IMG/VR virus record: IMGVR_UViG_3300024265_000043
Coordinates: 19,715 to 83,714 of that record
Length of the DNA: 64,000 nt
Source: a virus
Strand: one strand, 5' to 3'
Shown here: positions 1 to 8,900 of the stretch, piece after piece
Layout of the letters: each line of letters opens with the position of its first letter
Numbering within the stretch: position 1 is the first letter of the stretch
Made by a program: the position numbers and the translations under genes
The notes under the pieces: model-generated
Databases searched by the model: none
What the model saw: the letters and a program-made list of their open reading frames with translations, nothing else
Told to the model about the DNA's origin: nothing

Positions 1-1
1 A

Positions 2-292
2 ACCGCCCAAGCTGGCAAACGCGGGAACAGATTGACCACTATTGGTCACGACTATATCCTTTCGTTATCAAGACTTCACGCAAAATTTTCAGAAGATTTT
101 GGAATTGCTTCAATAAGTCCTGATGCTACCTATCAAATACTTCTTGTATATACCAATACGGAGAACCCAACTTTGACCGAAACACACACCCTGAATGGAT
201 GTCAATTAGCAGGGCGAGCAATAAGAACAAATCTGTTGGAGAACACAGTTCCTTTATCCTGGGCGGTAGGGGATTATGTTCCACCGACATAG
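2..292 (+). CDS. Probable major tail tube protein, C-terminal part (5' truncated by window edge)
   Basis: Frame open from position 2; beta-rich sequence; lies immediately upstream of the frameshifting chaperone, the usual position of the tube gene. Confidence 0.55.
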   Translation, partial: TAQAGKRGNRLTTIGHDYILSLSRLHAKFSEDFGIASISPDATYQILLVYTNTENPTLTETHTLNGCQLAGRAIRTNLLENTVPLSWAVGDYVPPT

Positions 293-300
293 GAGGAAAA

Positions 301-909
301 ATGTTAGTGAATACAATTACGGAATTCGTTGAATTCGTCAATCAGCATATTGATGTAGATGGTATGGACGAAGAATCATCGCAAAAATTACAAGAATTGA
401 GCGGCAAGGTAATCAAAGAAGCTGAAGACTCAGTAACTGTCAATGCTGAATATGTGATCAAGAAGGTTGAATCATTTGATGACTTGACTGCAAAAGTTCA
501 CGACACAGTTGAATTTGAGCGTGGCGATTCTATGATTTCAATCCCTGTTCACAGCATCACTGCTGCTGAAATGGCTAAAGTCAGTAAGACAATGATTGAA
601 CTTGAGCCTAAAAAGCCAAAGCCAAGAGACAAAAATGGCGTCCCTGATGAAAATGATCCGCATTATAGTAAAGACTTGGCTGAATATCTGACTAAACACC
701 GAGAATATGTTGCGAAGATAAATCTCATAATTTTTAAATTTGGTCTTGACATTAAGATTCCCGAAGGTACAGAGGCAGAGCAATTAGAACATGTTAATAA
801 TCTTGCGGCTGGAGACGGGGATAAGATCGTTGAAAAGATATTTGAGATTTCAAATCTTAATGAAAGCACAGTCGTCCCTTTCGGAAGTCCCTCACGCCGA
901 GGGAGTTAG
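301..909 (+). CDS. Tail assembly chaperone (lambda gpG-like)
   Basis: AGGAGG RBS before ATG 301; acidic helical protein; ends just after an in-frame slippery heptamer. Confidence 0.75.
   Translation: MLVNTITEFVEFVNQHIDVDGMDEESSQKLQELSGKVIKEAEDSVTVNAEYVIKKVESFDDLTAKVHDTVEFERGDSMISIPVHSITAAEMAKVSKTMIELEPKKPKPRDKNGVPDENDPHYSKDLAEYLTKHREYVAKINLIIFKFGLDIKIPEGTEAEQLEHVNNLAAGDGDKIVEKIFEISNLNESTVVPFGSPSRRGS
876..904 (+). promoter_or_regulatory. Programmed -1 ribosomal frameshift signal
   Basis: X XXY YYZ heptamer CCCTTTC, 5-nt spacer GGAAG, hairpin TCCCTC-ACGCC-GAGGGA (888-904). Confidence 0.8.
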
Positions 910-1103
910 AAGGATACGAGCCATCTCCAGGTAGAGAAGTCAAATTGCCTTGGAGATTGCTGGAGATGATTACTGCAAAGGCATGGGGTATCCCGCCTCA
1001 CAAATGGGACCTTATGCCTTTGAATAGTCGCGCAGAAATGATTGCTGTTAATGATATTGAAGGATTAATAACAAGTTATAGGCAAGAACCAGAAGAAAAA
1101 TGA
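876..1103 (+). CDS. -1 frameshift extension of the tail chaperone (gpT-like)
   Basis: C CCT TTC at 876-882; the -1 frame is open for 75 codons (PFRKSLTPRELEG...AWGIPPHKWDLMP...EPEEK*) to TGA 1101-1103, overlapping the next ATG. Confidence 0.8.
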   Translation, partial: PFRKSLTPRELEGYEPSPGREVKLPWRLLEMITAKAWGIPPHKWDLMPLNSRAEMIAVNDIEGLITSYRQEPEEK

Positions 1104-1762
1104 TTATAAAGTCCCAACATATCAACAAAATGCGAAATATTGAAGCAGCTTCAATTTATGGAGTAGGCTCCCAGTTGGTTCGCCTTGAGTGGATAACTGA
1201 GACTGGAGGGACATTCGTTCCTTCTCGGAATGCTTATGAAGGTTCTACTAAGGTCACGAACGTCCTTGATAATGTTGCTGCGATATGGGGGCCAGTACAG
1301 AGGGATCAACGCGAAAAGGTGAGCCTCCAAGAACAAGCGATGGCTATTGATCAGCAGGGGTATTGGTATTTTGATAATTCTCTGAATCTTACTGGAAAGC
1401 CAAATCTAATTATCCTTCATCGAATGATGGATGAATTATATAGTGGCGACGGAACAGATGCATCAGATGTATGGACTCCAGATGATGATCCGTCGTGGAC
1501 AGTTAATCAGTGGCGTGGCTATTGGCTAGTATTCGCCGCATCAAGATTTAAGATTCTTAGCAACGATGCCACTTCTGTTACTGTTGATCTTAATGATGGG
1601 ATATTGCCTGTTGGCAGTACCGCTGGAGAAATCCTCACGTTTGTTAAATGGGATCCTGATAGGGATGATTTGAGCAATCCAGGCGGATCACTGTCACCAA
1701 TCGGTCAGGAAGATGTCTTTCAATCATTATTATGCACCCGCTTGGGTATTATAGGTGTATAA
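1100..1762 (+). CDS. Virion structural protein, possibly head-closure type with an inserted domain
   Basis: Translationally coupled in the tail operon; contains the WTVNQWRGYWL module shared with tail-tip proteins. Confidence 0.45.
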   Translation: MIIKSQHINKMRNIEAASIYGVGSQLVRLEWITETGGTFVPSRNAYEGSTKVTNVLDNVAAIWGPVQRDQREKVSLQEQAMAIDQQGYWYFDNSLNLTGKPNLIILHRMMDELYSGDGTDASDVWTPDDDPSWTVNQWRGYWLVFAASRFKILSNDATSVTVDLNDGILPVGSTAGEILTFVKWDPDRDDLSNPGGSLSPIGQEDVFQSLLCTRLGIIGV

Positions 1763-2259
1763 TGAGTGGAATGACGCTTAAAGGATATACGAGGGTTAAT
1801 GCTCAATTAATGGGACTTGGCAAGTTCCAGAAGAAAGTTCAAACTGCCGTGAACAGAGAATTGCCCGCAATGGAATCACAGGCAAGAAGTGATGTGCTTG
1901 AAGTCGTTTACAGCGCCCCAGAAAATCCTGACTTTCCAAGATCAGGCAATATGGCCGCAGCAACTGATGTAATTATGACAAGCGATCCTGATTCTGTTAC
2001 TGCTAACGTGATGTTGAATCCTGATAAAGCGAATGAGCCCTTCAATTACACTTATGCAGGGAATGTATCGCCATCAGGTCTTAGAAGTTTCTACGATTTG
2101 ACTTCTCGTGGAGGCAAAAAATGGTACCCAATCTATGTTATGCTGGGTATATTCTTTCGTAAAACAGGCGCTCCAAGAGATTATCGCTTGAAGTGGCGAG
2201 AGACGATATATCCTATGTTCAAATCTATTGCAGGGAAGGCAGTAAGGGCTTTTAGATAA
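1762..2259 (+). CDS. Putative neck/tail-completion protein (HK97 gp10-like)
   Basis: Size, RSGNMAA motif, basic C-terminus, position. Confidence 0.45.
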   Translation: MSGMTLKGYTRVNAQLMGLGKFQKKVQTAVNRELPAMESQARSDVLEVVYSAPENPDFPRSGNMAAATDVIMTSDPDSVTANVMLNPDKANEPFNYTYAGNVSPSGLRSFYDLTSRGGKKWYPIYVMLGIFFRKTGAPRDYRLKWRETIYPMFKSIAGKAVRAFR

Positions 2260-2735
2260 TGGCTATTACGACTATATTTGATCCAACCAAGTTTCGAGTC
2301 AGTATTCAAGAAATGATTTTTGAATGGTTGACCGATGCTCTTGGAGATAGTGTATCTGAGATTACTACTAATACCATTAAAGACGAGGATTTGGAGAAAC
2401 TCGATAAATCTATTTGTCAATACAAGGTAAGTTCGCCGTCATCTAGAAGCACTGGGGCTGGGGCTCTTAATCGGGAAGCAGTATTCAAAAACGTTACAGT
2501 AACTATTGGATTTAAAGCGAGATCACAAGTCGAGGAACTTGAATTAGATTTGCTGGATGATATACTTCTTGCTTATATGCAAAGCCCTGATCCAACAAAG
2601 GGGCGCAAAGCACTTGGCGTCGCTGGGCTCAGAAGTGGATTGCTGACTGGGCCTATGGATAACAATAGTAAAATCTATTATTTACATAGATGGATATTAT
2701 CTGTTAGGGTCTTAACGCAAGGGGTAGCACCATAA
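2259..2735 (+). CDS. Putative tail terminator protein
   Basis: 158 aa, coupled to both neighbours, terminator-like size and C-terminal strand pattern. Confidence 0.45.
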   Translation: MAITTIFDPTKFRVSIQEMIFEWLTDALGDSVSEITTNTIKDEDLEKLDKSICQYKVSSPSSRSTGAGALNREAVFKNVTVTIGFKARSQVEELELDLLDDILLAYMQSPDPTKGRKALGVAGLRSGLLTGPMDNNSKIYYLHRWILSVRVLTQGVAP

Positions 2736-5536
2736 TGTCGAATCAATTAGACGACCTGATTCTACAATTAAAGTCCGTTGGATTTATTTCAGCGACTAAA
2801 GAAGTTAATAATCTACGTGCATCTCTCGCGAAACTTAATACTACTGTTTCAAGAACAAATAAGTCTTTTAAGAAAAGCGAAGCTGCTCTAAATAGCGCCA
2901 ATAAAACAATCTCCAAATATGAGAAAAAATTATCTGCCTCTGCCGTTCAAGTTAAAAAACTCAAAACCCAAGTTGATCAATTAAGTGGCAAAAAAGGACT
3001 TGGCGGATTCCTTGGCTTGACCGATTCTATTGGTAAGACCATAGCCAAGGTTGCGCTGTGGAGTTTAGCTACAGGTGTTGTCTTCAGTACAATAAGAGCA
3101 TTCAAGGCGGGTATATCCACGATTACTGAGCACGACGCTCAAATGATTGGACTGAGAAAGGTTTATTCTGGAGCAACGGAAGACCTTGCTGGTGTTGAAC
3201 GTGGCGTCCTTGAAGTTGCTACCGCCATGAAGTCATTGAATGCGAGTGCTTTTGATGCGGCCATTACAGTGGCTAAAACTGGCCGAGTGAATCTTGATAT
3301 TATTGAATTGACCGAAGGCGCATTGATTGCGCAAAATATTGCTGAACTCGAAGCAGCAGATGCTGTCAAATTCCTTAATTCCGCTCTAATCCAATTCAAC
3401 ATAGAAGCCAATCAAACTATCAGGATATTGGATGAATGGAACGAATTGTCCAATAAGACTCCAGCGACCACGAGAGATTTGGCGCAAGCAGTTACTGTTG
3501 CTGGTAGTGTATTTGATCAAGCTGGCGCAAGTATTCAATTCCTGAATGCGACCACGGCGGCTCTCGTTGAAATCACAGCGAAGTCCGGTAATATTATTGG
3601 TCGTGCCGAGCGCACAATGGCTATTTATGCGCAAAGACAGAAAACAGTTTCAATCCTCGGCAGAATTGGCATTGAAGTCTTTGATAAGCAGAATCAACAA
3701 TTCATCGGTATAGATCGTCTCCTATTCTCAGTGGCTGAAAAATGGGAGAATATGACTGATAAGATGAAAACCAATGTTGCTCAGGCAATTGCAGGTACTA
3801 GGCAGCAACAATTCTTTATTGCGTTGATGGAAAATCAAGATATCGTGCTTAAAAATCTTGCCATTCAGTGGAATTCATTTGGATCAGCAGTCAAGGAAAA
3901 TGAGAAATTCCTAGAATCAATTATCAAGGAAGCAAATGCCCTTGTTAATGCCCTTGAGAGACTTGCGATTAAGGCTGGGGATGCTGGGCTTACGGCGGTA
4001 ATAAAGAATCAAATTCGTGCTCTCACTGATCTTGTTAATGGATTGCAATCAGCGAAAGGCGCTCTTGCGGCATTGGCTACAGGCGTTAGTATATTCGCAT
4101 TAGGAATGATTGGTGGGGCAAAGGCTGTTGATGTTATGACGGCATCAATGGCGAGGCTTGGGGTTTCTGTTGGGGCAGTATCAAAATTTATCACAAAGTT
4201 TTTAGTGTGGTTCGTAGCAATTGAAGCTGGTATTTTCATCTTTAATGAGTTGACTGGTGCAACTGATAGATATGCCAGAGAATTAGATAAACTTGCCGAT
4301 AAGCAAAAGGCCATCGCAGATGCAGGCGCTGCGAATAAAAAACAACTGAAAAGTATGGTGGAAACAGTTGAAGATCTGCTTGCAGCAGGACGTAAAGATG
4401 AACTCTCAGATGTTTTGGAAACTATTGATGATATAACTAAAAGAATGTTTGGCGATACAGTTATCACCAATATCAATAATTATGAAGGGGCCTTAGAGGA
4501 TTTACGTAAGAAAATGTTAGAAGTTGGCAATGAAGCCCTTCGTGCTGAAATATCTTTATTGCGTATTTCTCTGGCGAAATTACCCAAGCCTGAATTCAAA
4601 CGGCTTCAACCAACAAAGGGAGCGCCTAAAGGGAAACAAGCGGGAGGCGTAGTAGTACCCCGCGAAGGCTTTGTCGCAGAATTAACTAGCATGACAAGTG
4701 GTCTTATATCTGCAACTACAGCTATTGATAAAACTTTAGCTCAAGGTGCTCGGCAAGTGGCTGGATTTTCAGACGAATTGACCAAGGAAGGCGAGCGTGT
4801 AAAAAAGGAAGCAGAATCAATCCTTGAATTGATTGAAGACCTTGAAAAGAAATTAAGAGATCCTGATAAGCCCAAGGATAGAAAGCCCTTAATTGCTCTG
4901 CCTGACGAAGGTGAACTCAGAAAAATTGAACAGGAAATTCAACGAATATCAAGGATTTTTGAAGGCGGCATTAGCCGTGCAATTGCTTCTGGATTCGAGG
5001 GTGATGAAGTTCGTGCAGCAGCTCGCAATATGGCTGATCAGTTAGGCAATCTTGTCGGGATGAGCATACAAGAATCACTTCAGACTTCCCTTACGGCATC
5101 TGGATTCAGTAAGTTCTTAACTGGCGCTATCAGCGGCGGCGTTGCTGGAATCGCTACTGGTATTATTGGATTCCTAGCCAATCAATTATTTGGAGAACAA
5201 TCAGAATCAGATAAACAATTGAATGCGACTGAAGAGAACACAATTCAACTCAGAGCATTAACGGATACTATGGAGAGTCTATCATCAACATTTGTCAATG
5301 CTCCAACGGGATTTGCATTTCCTGCTGCTAGTGGGGCTGTCTCAAGTGGCGGGACTGCGGCAAGCATCGGGGGATCCCAATCAATACAGTCTATTGACCA
5401 AAGTATTACCATTGCTAAAGGAGCCATCAATGTTAATGCCGCTCAAAATCAATCCCCAGCAGATATATCTAATCAAATAAGCAAAGATTTGACAGATCAA
5501 TTCAGCAAAGGCGCTCATGTAAGGACAGGATTCTAA
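2735..5536 (+). CDS. Tail tape measure protein
   Basis: 933 aa Ala/Leu-rich helical protein with N-terminal coiled coil, TP901-type core (DAVKFLNSALIQF...TRDLAQAV) and hydrophobic segments. Confidence 0.9.
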   Translation: MSNQLDDLILQLKSVGFISATKEVNNLRASLAKLNTTVSRTNKSFKKSEAALNSANKTISKYEKKLSASAVQVKKLKTQVDQLSGKKGLGGFLGLTDSIGKTIAKVALWSLATGVVFSTIRAFKAGISTITEHDAQMIGLRKVYSGATEDLAGVERGVLEVATAMKSLNASAFDAAITVAKTGRVNLDIIELTEGALIAQNIAELEAADAVKFLNSALIQFNIEANQTIRILDEWNELSNKTPATTRDLAQAVTVAGSVFDQAGASIQFLNATTAALVEITAKSGNIIGRAERTMAIYAQRQKTVSILGRIGIEVFDKQNQQFIGIDRLLFSVAEKWENMTDKMKTNVAQAIAGTRQQQFFIALMENQDIVLKNLAIQWNSFGSAVKENEKFLESIIKEANALVNALERLAIKAGDAGLTAVIKNQIRALTDLVNGLQSAKGALAALATGVSIFALGMIGGAKAVDVMTASMARLGVSVGAVSKFITKFLVWFVAIEAGIFIFNELTGATDRYARELDKLADKQKAIADAGAANKKQLKSMVETVEDLLAAGRKDELSDVLETIDDITKRMFGDTVITNINNYEGALEDLRKKMLEVGNEALRAEISLLRISLAKLPKPEFKRLQPTKGAPKGKQAGGVVVPREGFVAELTSMTSGLISATTAIDKTLAQGARQVAGFSDELTKEGERVKKEAESILELIEDLEKKLRDPDKPKDRKPLIALPDEGELRKIEQEIQRISRIFEGGISRAIASGFEGDEVRAAARNMADQLGNLVGMSIQESLQTSLTASGFSKFLTGAISGGVAGIATGIIGFLANQLFGEQSESDKQLNATEENTIQLRALTDTMESLSSTFVNAPTGFAFPAASGAVSSGGTAASIGGSQSIQSIDQSITIAKGAINVNAAQNQSPADISNQISKDLTDQFSKGAHVRTGF

Positions 5537-5988
5537 TGCCCAGCGTACTCTACCTTGATACGGTAAATACTTTTGACTCAGGGAGCGAATTTCAACTTCC
5601 TATTAACCCCTTGCCGCCTCGGGGGATGGTGGCGAATCAGCCTGCAAAGCCGTTCCAAACTCTTCAAGGTCCAGGCGGGATACAAGCACCGAAAGAATGG
5701 TTTCCTCTAATCATTTTACCGTGGCCCGATATTGTGAAAGGGAATACAAATCACGATGTATTGCTTGCGGCATTTGAATCTAGGCAGTATGTGAAAACAG
5801 GAGTAGATTATTTCATTGGCATTTTGCCCGCTGCATCAATAGATGATGGGTTTCCGTTCCCCACAACTAATAAATATATCAAGATCCGCATCGTCGAAGT
5901 GAAGTCGGCAGAAAATCCAGAAGATAATAATATGGATGCTGTTATATATAATATGGTCGTGAGCGCAATCTGGCTGGATGCTTTCTAA
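5536..5988 (+). CDS. Putative distal tail (Dit-like) protein
   Basis: 150 aa directly after the tape measure gene; assignment by position. Confidence 0.45.
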   Translation: MPSVLYLDTVNTFDSGSEFQLPINPLPPRGMVANQPAKPFQTLQGPGGIQAPKEWFPLIILPWPDIVKGNTNHDVLLAAFESRQYVKTGVDYFIGILPAASIDDGFPFPTTNKYIKIRIVEVKSAENPEDNNMDAVIYNMVVSAIWLDAF

Positions 5989-8900
5989 TGCAACCAGTCA
6001 ACCCATCATTTGAAACTCTTGTAAATAATGCCCAACGCTTCCCTATTGGGCGCGTCTCGGTTTATGAGACAACTAAATCAGTGCCGTCTCTGGGATTCAA
6101 TGCGGCATATTATGCTATAGGACAAGAGACTGATATGGATGTCGTTGATTGGTGGTCGGGATTACCAACAACTAATCCAACAGGCGTTCTTGATGAAGGC
6201 ACATTCCTCAGTGGATCCAGTATCATTGAAGAATCAACTATTATGGCATTTGATTGGGGTGTTGCTGGCGTTCCCCCTCCTATATCGGGGAGAAATGATT
6301 TATGGGCAATGCGCCAATACGGATTCTTTTTTGCTCGATTCAGCGGTGTTTACACATTCCATATGGATTCATCTCCACACACTCAAATGCGGATGGTTTT
6401 TGATAGTTCAGTTGCTCAGTTTGAAGATGATGATAGTGTTGTGGTTGATCGTTGGGCAGGGTCCAATTATGAAAAAACACGACAAGAATTGCATTGGGAT
6501 AGTCCGTCATTGGTTGCTGGTACGTGGTATCCCATCCAAATAGAATTCCATGTCCCCAAACAATCCGATCCACAGAACGTATCTACATATCTTTGTATGA
6601 AATATGAAGAACCTGACGCCACGACTGATCTTGATTTATGGGGCAATAGTGGTGGAGATATCGTTCCTGATTACCAAAGCGATGTGGGGATCAAGAAAGT
6701 ATTATCAGCAGGGGTAGTCAATACAACGAATTCATTTCTATCCCCAATTGTCATTCCTTGGGCTTCTGGATTCTCTGGTTCCCGACGGCAGGGGCAATCA
6801 ACAGATTTTAATTTTACTGTCCCAATCCCTGCTACAACAAATATTGAAGTTCAAACGGCAGCGCTTGATACTGAAATTGAAGTAGATAGCGTTGATGGAT
6901 TCCCAACTGAGGGGGCTCTTGGTATCGGGACAAATCCTGATTCTATGGATATTGTTACGTATACAGGATTAGATACCGCCAACAATAAATTCACTGGAGT
7001 ATCAGGAGTTGGAGTAAATGTCGTAGGAGCCCTTGTCAATCAACTGCTAGGTCTTGATAACAATCAATATGTGGCTGGATATGATGCACTAACAGGAGCA
7101 TTTGGTCCTATCAAAGGATTTAGATTGATCCAAATCGAAGGCGGTTTATATGACGGAACTTCTACGGATTATTATTCTGACAGAATATGGGGGAATTTAT
7201 CTCAAAATCCAATAATTGATAGGGATAATAAATCTGTTTCTTGGATCGTGAGAGATTCTTCATGGATGCTGAATAGAAAATACGATAAGAATTATCCCAA
7301 TCAGGCATCATACTCAATGGCGGGGTATTATGAAGCATTCACATCTACCAATCCTGAGGGCGTGGCTCGCCCTATATGCTATGATAGATGGACTTCTGGC
7401 AACGCCGTGCGCGATATCTTCATGTTGGCAGGCGTTGATCCAGTGTTACTATTTCAACGCGAGAGAATCGCCATATCAGCGTCTCCAGCGTTTGCGTCCG
7501 ATTATGGCAGGTATTTGGTTAGCGGAGATCTAATCCTTGATGGAAACCCTAGATACGGGCATCCTGAGAGCATTGAACAACTCAGTCCTGATGATAGATA
7601 TATGTGGCAATTCGGCTATGGCACAACTCTATTTGAGAATATTGCCGAAATTGTCAGAGTCTTTGCCTATAACTTTGGCTTTACACCGAATGGATTTGCC
7701 AAATCTCAGCCAATTGGATTGCCCGATAATGAATTAATTATCAGTGATGCTGAAGTTACTTCGGTTGATACTGCACAAACATGGCTGGATAAAGCATCAA
7801 CTGGAGCCTTATCAGCATTTAAGGCGAAATATATTGAGCCTGATGGAACGCCTTCTGTAGGAATGAAAGTATTATTAAGTGCTCAATTTTTTAATGATCT
7901 TGATCTTATCGTAGGAAGACATTCTGGAGCCAGCCAGGTGATCAAATTGAAAGTTGATGGAGTATTCCAAACGAGTTTGATTATTGACGGGCAAACAGTT
8001 GCTGGTACTGGTGGAGGCGGTGATGAATTTGATATCACGCGATCTGCTGGAGATTGGTTCTTTAATGATGGGGTTGATACTTCTGGATTCAATCCTAGTA
8101 TTATCAAGATAGCCGCTCCAGTTGCTTATACATCGAAGGCCGTGGAACTTGAAGTTGTCAGCGGGGTAATTCGATTCAATGCTTTCTTCCTATATAGCAA
8201 TAGTTCAAGGACGACAATAAGAGATATTGATGAAACTGTGATGTCCACTCTCCGGATGGAAAAAGATATTGAAAACCAGAGAAATGAAATCGCTGTAATT
8301 GGAGCGCTTCAAGGCGTTGCAAGAACAGTAGACGGTCAGATTATAAATACAAATAATCCAATCTATATACATGTGGTTAGTAGATCAACTGACTTGGGAT
8401 CAATATATGATTCATCATCTAAGAATTATATTGGGCATATCGTATCGACAGAAATTTATGACGAGAGGATTCTTGACCAAGAACGTGCCGATTATGTTTC
8501 TATTTTTGCGCTTAGAGAATATCGAGAACAATTAGCCTCTGGGGCGGCAGAGATCATGTTTGATCCGAGGTTAGACATCTTAGATAGTATTGGGATGACT
8601 GATGTACATAGCAATGTTATGGACGGACGGCAGGTATGGTTATCTTCAATATCTGAAATCTATGCAATTGATGCTGCTGGAATTCCTTCGTATACGACTA
8701 GGATAAATGATGCGACTCAGCGGGAGCCGCTACCAAGTATGCGATTCAAGCCTGAGCCCGATCTTTCAGATTGGGATGGTGAACCAATTGTAAACATAAA
8801 TTTATTCTATCGAGGATATCGAGCTGCGGGGAATGATGCGAGTCAAGTTGCTCAAGTAATAACCATAGCGAATAGTCCTGGCTGGGTTGTTAATATGTGG

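Noticed and set aside
199-300. Upstream extension of the chaperone ORF
   Set aside because: Overlaps the tube gene; AGGAGG places the start at 301
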